DNA of 64,000 nt from assembly GCA_000146045.2 (NCBI GenBank), contig BK006941.2:768001-832000 (forward strand). The letters run 5' to 3'. Origin of the DNA: TPA_inf: Saccharomyces. Taxonomy: Eukaryota. How positions within the stretch are numbered: the stretch's first letter is position 1; each line of letters starts with the position of its first letter. Made by a program: the position numbers and the translations under genes. The notes beneath the pieces are model-generated. The model did not search any database. It was not told where the DNA came from and was given only the letters and a program-made list of their open reading frames with translations. Shown in pieces: positions 45,055-56,058 of the stretch.

Positions 45055-48000
45055 GCCAACACACACAATAGACTCGAATGACGAACTACCTGATCACCTT
45101 CTTATTGATTCAGGAGCTTCGCAAACGCTTGTCAGATCAGCCCATTATTTACACCATGCAACACCCAATTCTGAAATAAACATAGTCGATGCTCAAAAAC
45201 AAGACATTCCTATAAATGCCATTGGTAATCTTCACTTCAACTTTCAGAACGGCACCAAAACATCAATAAAAGCACTACACACACCAAACATAGCCTATGA
45301 TCTATTAAGTTTGAGTGAGCTGGCTAATCAAAATATTACTGCCTGCTTTACCAGAAACACTTTAGAAAGATCGGATGGTACAGTACTAGCTCCCATAGTC
45401 AAACATGGAGACTTTTACTGGTTATCTAAAAAATACCTAATTCCTTCGCACATTTCAAAGCTAACAATAAACAACGTCAACAAAAGCAAAAGCGTAAATA
45501 AATATCCATATCCGTTAATACATCGAATGCTTGGACATGCTAACTTCCGAAGTATTCAGAAGTCTCTTAAGAAGAATGCAGTTACATATTTGAAGGAATC
45601 GGATATTGAATGGTCTAACGCTAGCACATATCAATGTCCTGACTGTCTAATCGGCAAAAGCACGAAACATAGACATGTCAAAGGATCACGACTAAAGTAC
45701 CAAGAATCATATGAGCCTTTTCAGTACTTGCACACCGATATATTTGGTCCTGTACATCACTTACCGAAAAGTGCACCTTCTTACTTTATATCGTTTACAG
45801 ATGAGAAAACCAGATTCCAATGGGTGTACCCATTACACGACCGTCGTGAAGAATCTATCCTCAATGTTTTTACATCGATATTAGCATTTATTAAGAACCA
45901 ATTCAATGCTCGCGTTCTAGTTATCCAGATGGATCGTGGCTCCGAGTACACTAACAAAACTCTTCATAAGTTCTTTACGAACAGAGGTATTACTGCATGC
46001 TATACAACCACGGCAGATTCTAGAGCACACGGTGTCGCTGAACGATTAAATCGTACTTTATTAAACGATTGTCGCACACTGCTTCATTGCAGTGGTCTAC
46101 CAAATCATCTATGGTTCTCAGCAGTCGAATTTTCTACTATAATCAGAAATTCATTAGTCTCACCAAAAAACGATAAATCTGCAAGACAACATGCAGGTTT
46201 AGCTGGACTGGACATTACTACTATACTACCTTTCGGTCAACCGGTTATAGTTAACAACCATAATCCCGACTCGAAAATACATCCTCGTGGCATTCCAGGT
46301 TACGCCTTACATCCGTCACGAAACTCTTATGGCTATATTATCTATCTTCCATCATTAAAAAAGACAGTAGATACTACCAATTACGTTATATTACAAGACA
46401 AGCAATCCAAATTGGACCAATTCAATTATGATACACTCACCTTTGATGATGATCTCAATCGTTTAACAGCCCATAACCAATCTTTTATTGAACAAAATGA
46501 AACGGAGCAGTCATATGATCAAAATACAGAATCTGATCATGACTATCAATCGGAGATTGAAATAAACTCTGATCCTCTAGTGAACGACTTCTCGTCCCAA
46601 TCAATAAACCCTTTACAATTAGACAAGGAACCAGTCCAAAAAGTACGTGCACCAAAAGAAGTTGATGCCGACATATCTGAATACAATATTCTTCCATCTA
46701 CTATACGATCTCGTACACCCCATATCATTAATAAAGAGAGTACCGAAATGGGTGGTACCGTTGAATCAGATACTACTTCACCTAGACACTCGTCTACCTT
46801 CACTGCACGAAACCAAAACCGACCTGGTAGTACCAATGAGATGATTGATTTGACCTCACAGGATAGAGTTAATTATGGACTTGAAAACATCAAAACTACA
46901 CGTTTGGGTGGTACGGAGGAACCATATATTCAACGAAATAGTGATACAAATATCAAATACAGGACTACAAATAGTACGCCCTCAATAGATGACCGTTCGT
47001 CCAACAGTGAATCCACTACTCCCATCATCTCCATAGAAACAAAGGCTGTATGTGATAATACACCCTCCATTGATACGGATCCGCCAGAATATCGATCTTC
47101 TGACCATGCGACTCCTAATATAATGCCTGACAAATCCTCAAAAAATGTTACGGCTGATTCTATTCTTGACGACCTCCCACTTCCTGACTTAACCCATAAA
47201 TCTCCTACGGACACTTCTGATGTTTCAAAAGATATTCCACACATACACTCTCGTCAGACTAATTCCAGTTTGGGTGGTATGGATGATTCTAATGTTCTGA
47301 CTACTACCAAAAGTAAGAAAAGATCATTAGAAGATAATGAAACTGAAATTGAGGTATCCCGAGACACATGGAATAATAAGAATATGAGAAGTCTGGAACC
47401 ACCAAGATCGAAGAAACGCATAAATTTAATTGCAGCAATAAAAGGAGTGAAATCGATCAAACCAGTTCGAACGACCTTAAGATATGATGAAGCAATTACA
47501 TATAATAAAGACAACAAAGAAAAAGACAGATATGTTGAAGCTTATCATAAAGAAATTAGCCAACTATTGAAAATGAACACTTGGGATACAAACAAATATT
47601 ATGATAGAAATGACATAGATCCTAAAAAAGTAATAAACTCAATGTTTATATTTAACAAGAAACGTGATGGTACACACAAAGCTAGATTTGTTGCAAGAGG
47701 CGACATTCAACACCCCGATACATATGATTCTGATATGCAATCCAATACCGTACATCACTATGCACTGATGACGTCACTGTCAATCGCATTAGACAACGAC
47801 TATTATATCACACAGCTGGACATATCCTCTGCTTACTTATATGCTGATATCAAAGAAGAATTATACATAAGACCTCCACCACATTTAGGTTTGAATGATA
47901 AATTACTACGTTTGAGAAAATCACTCTATGGTTTGAAACAAAGTGGTGCAAACTGGTATGAAACCATTAAATCATATTTAATAAATTGTTGCGACATGCA

Positions 48001-49051
48001 AGAAGTTCGCGGATGGTCATGCGTATTTAAGAATAGTCAAGTAACAATTTGCTTATTCGTTGATGATATGATATTATTCAGCAAAGACTTAAATGCAAAT
48101 AAGAAAATCATAACAACACTCAAGAAACAATACGATACAAAGATAATAAATCTGGGTGAAAGTGATAACGAAATTCAGTACGACATACTTGGATTAGAGA
48201 TCAAATATCAAAGAAGCAAGTACATGAAATTAGGTATGGAAAAATCCTTGACAGAAAAATTACCCAAACTAAACGTACCTTTGAACCCAAAAGGAAAGAA
48301 ACTTAGAGCTCCAGGTCAACCAGGTCATTATATAGACCAGGATGAACTAGAAATAGATGAAGATGAATACAAAGAGAAAGTACATGAAATGCAAAAGTTG
48401 ATTGGTCTAGCTTCATATGTTGGATATAAATTTAGATTTGACTTACTATACTACATCAACACACTTGCTCAACATATACTATTCCCCTCTAGGCAAGTTT
48501 TAGACATGACATATGAGTTAATACAATTCATGTGGGACACTAGAGATAAACAATTAATATGGCACAAAAACAAACCTACCAAGCCAGATAATAAACTAGT
48601 CGCAATAAGCGATGCTTCATATGGTAACCAACCATATTACAAGTCACAAATTGGTAACATTTTCCTACTCAACGGAAAAGTGATTGGAGGAAAGTCGACA
48701 AAGGCTTCGTTAACATGCACTTCAACTACAGAAGCAGAAATACACGCAGTCAGTGAAGCTATTCCGCTATTGAATAACCTCAGTCACCTTGTGCAAGAAC
48801 TTAACAAGAAACCAATTATTAAAGGCTTACTTACTGATAGTAGATCAACGATCAGTATAATTAAGTCTACAAATGAAGAGAAATTTAGAAACAGATTTTT
48901 TGGCACAAAGGCAATGAGACTTAGAGATGAAGTATCAGGTAATAATTTATACGTATACTACATCGAGACCAAGAAGAACATTGCTGATGTGATGACAAAA
49001 CCTCTTCCGATAAAAACATTTAAACTATTAACTAACAAATGGATTCATTAG
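45032..49051 (+). CDS. TY2B: Ty2 TYB (Pol: protease, integrase, reverse transcriptase/RNase H), expressed as a Gag-Pol fusion of 431+1339 = 1770 aa by +1 frameshift.
   Basis: Open from the GGC codon at 45032 to the stop at 49051 (1339 codons). Aspartic protease 'LIDSGAS'. Integrase HHCC/DDE ('[14 protein letters not shown]', 'HTDIFGP'). RT '[11 protein letters not shown]'. Confidence 0.88.
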   Translation, partial: GQQQKESKPTHTIDSNDELPDHLLIDSGASQTLVRSAHYLHHATPNSEINIVDAQKQDIPINAIGNLHFNFQNGTKTSIKALHTPNIAYDLLSLSELANQNITACFTRNTLERSDGTVLAPIVKHGDFYWLSKKYLIPSHISKLTINNVNKSKSVNKYPYPLIHRMLGHANFRSIQKSLKKNAVTYLKESDIEWSNASTYQCPDCLIGKSTKHRHVKGSRLKYQESYEPFQYLHTDIFGPVHHLPKSAPSYFISFTDEKTRFQWVYPLHDRREESILNVFTSILAFIKNQFNARVLVIQMDRGSEYTNKTLHKFFTNRGITACYTTTADSRAHGVAERLNRTLLNDCRTLLHCSGLPNHLWFSAVEFSTIIRNSLVSPKNDKSARQHAGLAGLDITTILPFGQPVIVNNHNPDSKIHPRGIPGYALHPSRNSYGYIIYLPSLKKTVDTTNYVILQDKQSKLDQFNYDTLTFDDDLNRLTAHNQSFIEQNETEQSYDQNTESDHDYQSEIEINSDPLVNDFSSQSINPLQLDKEPVQKVRAPKEVDADISEYNILPSTIRSRTPHIINKESTEMGGTVESDTTSPRHSSTFTARNQNRPGSTNEMIDLTSQDRVNYGLENIKTTRLGGTEEPYIQRNSDTNIKYRTTNSTPSIDDRSSNSESTTPIISIETKAVCDNTPSIDTDPPEYRSSDHATPNIMPDKSSKNVTADSILDDLPLPDLTHKSPTDTSDVSKDIPHIHSRQTNSSLGGMDDSNVLTTTKSKKRSLEDNETEIEVSRDTWNNKNMRSLEPPRSKKRINLIAAIKGVKSIKPVRTTLRYDEAITYNKDNKEKDRYVEAYHKEISQLLKMNTWDTNKYYDRNDIDPKKVINSMFIFNKKRDGTHKARFVARGDIQHPDTYDSDMQSNTVHHYALMTSLSIALDNDYYITQLDISSAYLYADIKEELYIRPPPHLGLNDKLLRLRKSLYGLKQSGANWYETIKSYLINCCDMQEVRGWSCVFKNSQVTICLFVDDMILFSKDLNANKKIITTLKKQYDTKIINLGESDNEIQYDILGLEIKYQRSKYMKLGMEKSLTEKLPKLNVPLNPKGKKLRAPGQPGHYIDQDELEIDEDEYKEKVHEMQKLIGLASYVGYKFRFDLLYYINTLAQHILFPSRQVLDMTYELIQFMWDTRDKQLIWHKNKPTKPDNKLVAISDASYGNQPYYKSQIGNIFLLNGKVIGGKSTKASLTCTSTTEAEIHAVSEAIPLLNNLSHLVQELNKKPIIKGLLTDSRSTISIIKSTNEEKFRNRFFGTKAMRLRDEVSGNNLYVYYIETKKNIADVMTKPLPIKTFKLLTNKWIH

Positions 49052-49067
49052 ATCTATTACATTATGG

Positions 49068-49392
49068 GTGGTATGTTGGAATAAAAATCAACTATCATCT
49101 ACTAACTAGTATTTACGTTACTAGTATATTATCATATACGGTGTTAGAAGATGACGCAAATGATGAGAAATAGTCATCTAAATTAGTGGAAGCTGAAACG
49201 CAAGGATTGATAATGTAATAGGATCAATGAATATTAACATATAAAATGATGATAATAATATTTATAGAATTGTGTAGAATTGCAGATTCCCTTTTATGGA
49301 TTCCTAAATCCTCGAGGAGAACTTCTAGTATATCTACATACCTAATATTATTGCCTTATTAAAAATGGAATCCCAACAATTACATAAAAATC
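49068..49392 (+). repeat. Ty2 3' delta LTR, truncated 18 bp before its end by the Ty1 insertion (remainder at 55307..55324).
   Basis: TGTTGGAATAAAAATCAACTATCATC...AATGGAATCCCAACAATTACATAAAAATC, then an abrupt switch to the inverted Ty1 LTR terminus TGAGATATATGTGGG. Confidence 0.85.
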
Positions 49393-49746
49393 TGAGATAT
49401 ATGTGGGTAATTAGATAATTGTTGGGATTCCATTGTTGATAAAGGCTATAATATTAGGTATACAGAATATACTAGAAGTTCTCCTCGAGGATATAGGAAT
49501 CCTCAAAATGGAATCTATATTTCTACATACTAATATTACGATTATTCCTCATTCCGTTTTATATGTTTCATTATCCTATTACATTATCAATCCTTGCACT
49601 TCAGCTTCCTCTAACTTCGATGACAGCTTCTCATAACTTATGTCATCATCTTAACACCGTATATGATAATATATTGATAATATAACTATTAGTTGATAGA
49701 CGATAGTGGATTTTTATTCCAACATACCACCCATAATGTAATAGAT

Positions 49747-52700
49747 CTAATGAATCCATTTGTTTGTTAATAGTTTGAATGTTTTTATCGGAAGAGGTTT
49801 GGTCATTACGTCTGCAATATTCTTTTTGGTTTCGATATAGCATACGTGCAGATGATTTCCTGATACTTCATCTCTCAGTCTCATTGCTTTAGTACCAAAA
49901 AATCTGTTTCTAAATTTCTCTTCATTATTGGATATAATTATACTGATTGTAGATTTACTGTCGGTTAGTAATCCTTTGGTAATTGGTTTCTTGTCGAGTT
50001 CTTGTATCAGGTAACTTAGATTATTTAATAATGGGACAGATTCACTTATTGCGTGTATTTCTGCTTCCGTAGTTGAAGTACATGTTAATGAAGCCTTGGT
50101 GGACTTTCCTCCAATTACTTTTCCATTAAGTAAATATATGTTGCCAATTTGTGATTTATAATACGGTTGGTTACCATACGAGGCATCGCTTATAACAACT
50201 AATTTATTTGTTGGCTTAACAGGTTTGCTTTTGTGCCATATTAATTGCTTATCTCTCGTATTCCATATGAACTGTATCAATTCATATGTCATATCTAACA
50301 CTTGCTTGGACGGAAATAGTATATGTTGTGCAAGTGTGTTGATGTAGTATAATAGGTCAAATCTAAATTTATATCCAACATATGATGCTAGACCTATCAG
50401 CTTTTGCATTTCATGTACCTTCATTTTGTAATCATCTTCTTCTAGCTCTAGTTCTTGCTGGTTTATATAGAGACCTGGTTGGCCTGGGGCACCAAGTTTT
50501 CTTCCGTTTGGATTCAAAGGTACGTTTAATTTGGGTATTTTCTCAGTTAATGAGTTTTCCATACCTAATTTCATGTATTTACCTCTTTGATATTTGATTT
50601 CTAAGCCAAGGATGTCGTATTGAATTTCATCATCGCTTTCACCTAGATTTATAATCTTGGTATCGTATTGCATCTTGAGTTTTGCTATAATTCTTTTATT
50701 CGAATTTAAGTCCTTGCTGAACAATATCATATCATCAACGAATAAGCAAATTGTTACTTGACTATTCTTAAATACGCATGACCATCCACGAACTTCTTCC
50801 ATACCACACTGTTTTATCAGGTATGATTTGATAGTTTCGTACCAGTTCGCTCCACTTTGTTTCAATCCATAAAGTGATTTCTTCAAACGTATCAACTTAT
50901 CATTCATTCCTAAATGTGGTGGAGGTCTTATGTATAATTCTTCTTTGATGTCTGCATACAAATATGCCGAAGATATGTCTAATTGTGTAATATAGTAGTT
51001 ATTGTCTAATGCAAGTGACAGGGATGTCATTAATGCATAGTGATGTACGGTATTGGATTGCATGCCTGAGTCGTAAGTGTCAGGATGCTGAATATCACCT
51101 CTTGCAACAAATCTAGCTTTATGAGTACCGTCACGTTTCCTGTTGAAGATAAACATTGAATTTATTACTCTTTTAGGGTCTATTTCTTTTCTGTCATAAT
51201 ATTTGTCAGTGTCCCAAGTATTCATTTTCAATAGTTGGTTGACTTCTTTGTGGTATGCTTCGATATATTTTTCCTTTTCTTTAATATCTTTATTATAGGT
51301 GATTGCCTCATCGTATCTTAAGGTTGTCCGTATTGGTTTGATTGATTTTACTGCTTTTACAGCTGCAATCAGGTGAATTCGTTTCTTCGATCTCGGAGGT
51401 TCTAAACTACGCATATTCTTAGTATTCCATGTGTCTCGTGATACCTTAATTTCAGTTTCATTATCTTCTAATGATCTTTTCTTACTGTTGATAGTAGTAT
51501 AGGCATTAGAGTCACCAATACCACCCAAACTGGAATTAGTTTGACGAGAATTGATCGGTGGAAGTTCTTTAAAGGAGTCTGATAATTCGGTAGGAGGTTC
51601 TGGAGGCAGATCGGGAAGTGGAAGATCAGCAATTATAGATTCCTCTGTATTCTCCTTAGGACAGGTATCTGACGTTTTGATAGGAACGACGTGGTGTAGT
51701 GAATTACTTTCTGATGAGGAAGTATCGATCGAAGGTGAACGGTGTATAATCCTTTTCTCAGTCTCCTGTTCGCTTGTCTGCGGAACAGTTTTATTATTGG
51801 TACCACCCGTACTGGATATTGGTACGTTTGTATGATTAGTCTCATTGTCACTGTACGAGTCTGAGTGTCTGAAATCTTTAGATTTACTGGCGTACGACGA
51901 CTCATGTGTGTTAGATTGGGACATGGGAGCAAGTAAAGGAACATTTAATTTATGCATACCACCCGAACCGGTACTCTCGATATTGGAAATTTGGGGGGTG
52001 CTAGATCTCTTCTTTGATGGAAGAATATTAGATTCAGATATGTTGGGGTCAACTTCTCTGGGTGCGCGAATATTGGTTTTAGAAACACGTTTCGAATCTT
52101 CAGTATGAGTTGACGGAGGTGTGGAATCGGTTGGACTCACAGCTTTTGAAAGGACATTTCTCGGTTGCTCAGGATGTAGTTCAATGTCGGATTGGAAGTC
52201 ATGGTCAGATTCTATGTTAAGATCATTGGATTCTTGGATCTCATTTGACGCAATGAACGAATGATATGAAGCAGTTAAACGGTTTAAGTCTTCATCGAAA
52301 GTGAGTGCGTCGTAATTGAATTGATCTAATCTGGATTCCTTGCCCTGAAGAATAACATAGTTAGTTGTATCTACTGTCTTCTTTAAGGATGGAAGATAGA
52401 TGATATATCCATAAGAGTTTCGAGACGGATGTAGAGCGTAGCCTGGGATGCCACGAGGATGTATTTTGGAGTTAGGGTTGTGATCATTGACGATAACAGG
52501 TTGACCGAAAGGTAACAAAGTACTGATATCAAGTCCTGCCAAGCCAGCATGTTGTCTTGCAGATTTTTTGCTTTTAGGTGAAGCTAGTGAATTTCTCACA
52601 ATAGTAGAAAATTCGATTGCAGAGAACCATAAATGGTTCGGTAAACCACTACATTGCAGTTGAGTACGGCAGTCATCTAATAAGGTACGGTTCAGCCGTT

Positions 52701-53709
52701 CAGCGACTCCATGTGCTCGGGAATCCGCTGTGGTTGTATAGCATGGAGTTATACCATTTTTTTCAAGGAATTTATGGAGAGTTCTGTTAGTATACTCAGA
52801 ACCACGGTCCATTTGTATAACTAAGACACTGGCCTGAAACTGGTTTTTAATAAAAGCTAGTATCGTAGTAAAAACATCGAGGATAGAGTCCTCGCGACGG
52901 TCGTGTAATGGATAAACCCAACGGAATTTTGTTGTCTCATCAGTAAATGAGATGAAATAGGATGGTGCACTTTTTGGTAGGTTGTGAACTGGACCAAATA
53001 TGTCAGTATGTAGGTATTGAAAGGGTTCGTATGAATTTTGGTATTTTAGTCGTGAACCTTTGATATGTCTGTGTTTGGTGCTTTTGCCGATTAAACAATC
53101 AGGACATTGATAGTCAATAGCACTAGACCAGTCGACATCTGATTCGTTAAAATACGTGATGGTGTTATTTTTAAGTGAGTATCGAATTGTCTGTGCATTG
53201 GCATGCGCAAGCATTCGATGAATGAAAGGATAAGGATATTTGCGTGTACTTTCACTTGTATGGACATTATTGATGGTGGGTACGGAGATATTTGATGGAA
53301 GCAAGTACTTTTTAGATACCCAGTAAAAGTCTCCATATTTCACGATAGGTGCAAGTACAGTGCCGTCAGACCGTTCTAAGACGTTTTTGGTAAAGCATGC
53401 TGTGATATCTACTGCAGCCAATTCATTCAAACTGAGTAAGTCATAGGCTATGTTAGGAGTGTGCAATACCTTTATTGATGTTTTGGTGTTGTCCTGGAAG
53501 TGAAATTGTAGGTCACCAATAGCGTTAATTGGTATATTTCTTTTTTGAGCATCAACTACGTTTATGTCAGGATTAGATGATGCTGAGTGTATGTGATGAG
53601 CAGATCTTATAAGGGTTCGTGATGCTCCTGAATCGAGAAGGAGGTGTCCAGGGAGTTCATCATCAGAATGATTAGTATGATTTACTGTAGATTCAGTAAG
53701 TTTCTGGCC
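49747..53709 (-). CDS. TY1B: Ty1 TYB (Pol), 1320 codons, fused to TYA by +1 frameshift at CTTAGGC (53713..53707 on the minus strand). Gag-Pol is 435+1320 = 1755 aa.
   Basis: Checked by hand: no stop between the track's TTG 'start' at 53466 and the GGC codon at 53709..53707. Protease, integrase and RT motifs are collinear with Ty2 TYB. Confidence 0.85.
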   Translation of the reverse strand, partial: GQKLTESTVNHTNHSDDELPGHLLLDSGASRTLIRSAHHIHSASSNPDINVVDAQKRNIPINAIGDLQFHFQDNTKTSIKVLHTPNIAYDLLSLNELAAVDITACFTKNVLERSDGTVLAPIVKYGDFYWVSKKYLLPSNISVPTINNVHTSESTRKYPYPFIHRMLAHANAQTIRYSLKNNTITYFNESDVDWSSAIDYQCPDCLIGKSTKHRHIKGSRLKYQNSYEPFQYLHTDIFGPVHNLPKSAPSYFISFTDETTKFRWVYPLHDRREDSILDVFTTILAFIKNQFQASVLVIQMDRGSEYTNRTLHKFLEKNGITPCYTTTADSRAHGVAERLNRTLLDDCRTQLQCSGLPNHLWFSAIEFSTIVRNSLASPKSKKSARQHAGLAGLDISTLLPFGQPVIVNDHNPNSKIHPRGIPGYALHPSRNSYGYIIYLPSLKKTVDTTNYVILQGKESRLDQFNYDALTFDEDLNRLTASYHSFIASNEIQESNDLNIESDHDFQSDIELHPEQPRNVLSKAVSPTDSTPPSTHTEDSKRVSKTNIRAPREVDPNISESNILPSKKRSSTPQISNIESTGSGGMHKLNVPLLAPMSQSNTHESSYASKSKDFRHSDSYSDNETNHTNVPISSTGGTNNKTVPQTSEQETEKRIIHRSPSIDTSSSESNSLHHVVPIKTSDTCPKENTEESIIADLPLPDLPPEPPTELSDSFKELPPINSRQTNSSLGGIGDSNAYTTINSKKRSLEDNETEIKVSRDTWNTKNMRSLEPPRSKKRIHLIAAVKAVKSIKPIRTTLRYDEAITYNKDIKEKEKYIEAYHKEVNQLLKMNTWDTDKYYDRKEIDPKRVINSMFIFNRKRDGTHKARFVARGDIQHPDTYDSGMQSNTVHHYALMTSLSLALDNNYYITQLDISSAYLYADIKEELYIRPPPHLGMNDKLIRLKKSLYGLKQSGANWYETIKSYLIKQCGMEEVRGWSCVFKNSQVTICLFVDDMILFSKDLNSNKRIIAKLKMQYDTKIINLGESDDEIQYDILGLEIKYQRGKYMKLGMENSLTEKIPKLNVPLNPNGRKLGAPGQPGLYINQQELELEEDDYKMKVHEMQKLIGLASYVGYKFRFDLLYYINTLAQHILFPSKQVLDMTYELIQFIWNTRDKQLIWHKSKPVKPTNKLVVISDASYGNQPYYKSQIGNIYLLNGKVIGGKSTKASLTCTSTTEAEIHAISESVPLLNNLSYLIQELDKKPITKGLLTDSKSTISIIISNNEEKFRNRFFGTKAMRLRDEVSGNHLHVCYIETKKNIADVMTKPLPIKTFKLLTNKWIH

Positions 53710-55015
53710 TAAGATGAAGGTCGTGCTTATTGTTCAATTGAATCGGTTCAGTAGTTGATTTACTGATGGAATCGTTGTCCGTGCTGGGAGAGTTATTAGA
53801 TGTGGATACATTGTGAGCCCTGGCTGTTTTCGATTTCGAATTATTTGTTTTTTGAGGATTCCGAGCTATAACTTTGGGTTTGGTTGTATTCGTATAGCTG
53901 CGAGAATCATTCTTCTCATCACTCGGATTTCTCCTGTAATTAGGTTTGCTGTTTCTCGATCCCTGTTGTTCTTCATAAATAGCATGGATATCTAAGAACA
54001 GTTCAGCGACTGTCATATTTAGATGTCGATGACGTGTGTAGCGTAAAAATTTATATTCGCCAGATAGACCTCTCATAATTAATTGGCATGCGACCTTGTT
54101 ATTGATATGAATGCCATTATTGTTCAGTCTGTCGATAATGTTTGTGACTTTTGTTTCAAATGCATCTGCAGGTGTACTGCCATTATATTGCAAATTTGCC
54201 AGGGTCACAATGTCGTTTGCCTCTTGGGTATCAGATTGCATTTTTTCAATACTTTTGGAAAGAATTTTCATGATATCCGTATAATCAACGGATAGGATGT
54301 CTTTGACCCAGGTAGGTAGGAATTGAGAGGGAGCAAATATTTGAAAAGTGTTATACAAGAAGGTGAGTTCATCATCAGTGATCTGACGTACGGGTTTTCC
54401 GTTTACTGTCGGAATAATACCACCGAGATTCGAGTTTTGTAAAAATTTGATGTATGTTTTAACCCAATTTGGAAAGTCATTAGGTGAGGTTAACATTGGT
54501 GGTGGTCTGACATATTTTTTAGTGGATGTCATATCAGAGTCCGCTGAGGATGAATCAGTAAATGTATTACCTGACTCAGGTGATGGAGTGCTCAGAGGCG
54601 TTCCAACTGATGATGGATACTGCGGAAACTGTGATTGTGGCCCAGGTGGAAAGTACATAGGCGACATTTGATAAGGTGTATACGGAATCATAGATGGGTG
54701 TCCGTAAAATGACCAACCAGATGGATTGGCTTGGTTTTGGGTCATCATGCACTGCTGTGGGTACGGCCCATTCTGTGGAGGTGGTACTGAAGCAGGTTGA
54801 GGAGAGGCATGATGGGGGTTCTCTGGAACAGCTGATGAAGCAGGTGTTGTTGTCTGTTGAGAGTTAGCCTTAGTGGAAGCCTTATCATATTCTTGAATTT
54901 TGGAAGCTGAAACGTCTAACGGATCTTGATTTGTGTGGACTTCCTTAGAAGTAACCGAAGCACAGGCGCTACCATGAGATATATGTGGGTAATTAGATAA
55001 TTGTTGGGATTCCAT
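53693..55015 (-). CDS. TY1A: Ty1 TYA (Gag), 440 aa.
   Basis: ATG at 55015..55013 inside the 5' LTR. Canonical Ty1 Gag sequence of 440 aa. Confidence 0.9.
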   Translation of the reverse strand: MESQQLSNYPHISHGSACASVTSKEVHTNQDPLDVSASKIQEYDKASTKANSQQTTTPASSAVPENPHHASPQPASVPPPQNGPYPQQCMMTQNQANPSGWSFYGHPSMIPYTPYQMSPMYFPPGPQSQFPQYPSSVGTPLSTPSPESGNTFTDSSSADSDMTSTKKYVRPPPMLTSPNDFPNWVKTYIKFLQNSNLGGIIPTVNGKPVRQITDDELTFLYNTFQIFAPSQFLPTWVKDILSVDYTDIMKILSKSIEKMQSDTQEANDIVTLANLQYNGSTPADAFETKVTNIIDRLNNNGIHINNKVACQLIMRGLSGEYKFLRYTRHRHLNMTVAELFLDIHAIYEEQQGSRNSKPNYRRNPSDEKNDSRSYTNTTKPKVIARNPQKTNNSKSKTARAHNVSTSNNSPSTDNDSISKSTTEPIQLNNKHDLHLRPETY

Positions 55016-55481
55016 TGTTGATAAAGGCTATAATATTAGGTATACAGAATATACTAGAAGTTCTCCTCGAGGATATAGGAATCCTCAAAATGGAATCTAT
55101 ATTTCTACATACTAATATTACGATTATTCCTCATTCCGTTTTATATGTTTCATTATCCTATTACATTATCAATCCTTGCACTTCAGCTTCCTCTAACTTC
55201 GATGACAGCTTCTCATAACTTATGTCATCATCTTAACACCGTATATGATAATATATTGATAATATAACTATTAGTTGATAGACGATAGTGGATTTTTATT
55301 CCAACAAAATCCACATTCTCTTCATATATACATATATTGGTTGTTGTTACTACTTTAGCTTTTTTCCTCTGTTCGTTTCAAGATCTAGCTTGCAATTATC
55401 CCTCTAGGTAATAACCAGCATAGTTGTCGTCGTTTCATGTGACCTATTCCCCTTTAATTGGATCAATCTTCCAATAAGAGT

Positions 55482-55555
55482 GGTTTCGTGGTCTAGTCGG
55501 TTATGGCATCTGCTTAACACGCAGAACGTCCCCAGTTCGATCCTGGGCGAAATCA
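55482..55555 (+). tRNA. tRNA-Val (anticodon AAC).
   Basis: GGTTTCGTGGTCTAGTCGGTTATGGCATCTGCTTAACACGCAGAACGTCCCCAGTTCGATCCTGGGCGAAATCA. Anticodon loop CTTAACA. T5 terminator directly downstream. About 157 bp downstream of the Ty2 LTR end. Confidence 0.9.
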
Positions 55556-56058
55556 TTTTTTGAAGATTACATTAATAAGGCTTTTTTCAATATCTCTGGA
55601 ACAACAGTTTTTTTTTACTTACTAATAGCTTTAAGGACCCTCTTGGACATCATGATGGCAGACTTCCATCGTAATGGGATGATCATATGATGGGCGCTAT
55701 CCTCATCGCGACTCGATAACGACGTGAGAAACGATTTTTTTTTTCTTTTTCACCGTATTTTTGTGCGTCCTTTTTCAATTATAGCTTTTTTTTTATTTTT
55801 TTTTTTTCTCGTACTGTTTCACTGACAAAAGTTTTTTTTTCAAGAAAAATTTTCGATGCCGCGTTCTCTGTGTGCAACGGATGGATGGTAGATGGAATTT
55901 CAATATGTTGCTTGAAATTTTACCAATCTTGATATTGTGATAATTTACTTAATTATGATTCTTCCTCTTCCCTTCAATTTCTTAAAGCTTCTTACTTTAC
56001 TCCTTCTTGCTCATAAATAAGCAAGGTAAGAGGACAACTGTAATTACCTATTACAATA

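Larger units (their letters stand above)
43447..49392 (+). mobile_element. Full-length Ty2 LTR retrotransposon. The last 18 bp of its 3' LTR are displaced to 55307..55324 by a nested Ty1. Flanking 5-bp TSD TATAT at 43442..43446 and 55325..55329.
   Basis: 5' delta 43447..about 43780 begins TGTTGGAATAAAAATCAACTATC. TYA and TYB are intact. 3' delta from 49068. The Ty2-type Gag N-terminus is '[73 protein letters not shown]'. Confidence 0.85.
49393..55306 (-). mobile_element. Full-length Ty1 LTR retrotransposon (5914 bp) in inverse orientation, nested inside the Ty2 3' LTR. Perfect 5-bp TSD AAATC at 49388..49392 and 55307..55311.
   Basis: LTRs at 49393..49724 and 54975..55306 (on the minus strand TGTTGGAATAAAAATCCACTATCGTCTATC...CCCACATATATCTCA). 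Ty1-type Gag '[39 protein letters not shown]...'. Confidence 0.88.

Noticed and set aside
49433-49636. Identical 67-aa ORFs at 49433..49636 and 55015..55218, plus ORFs 11072..11422 and 5992..6195.
   Set aside because: All lie inside delta LTR sequence (two inside the two Ty1 LTRs, hence identical). They are repeat-derived and not genes.
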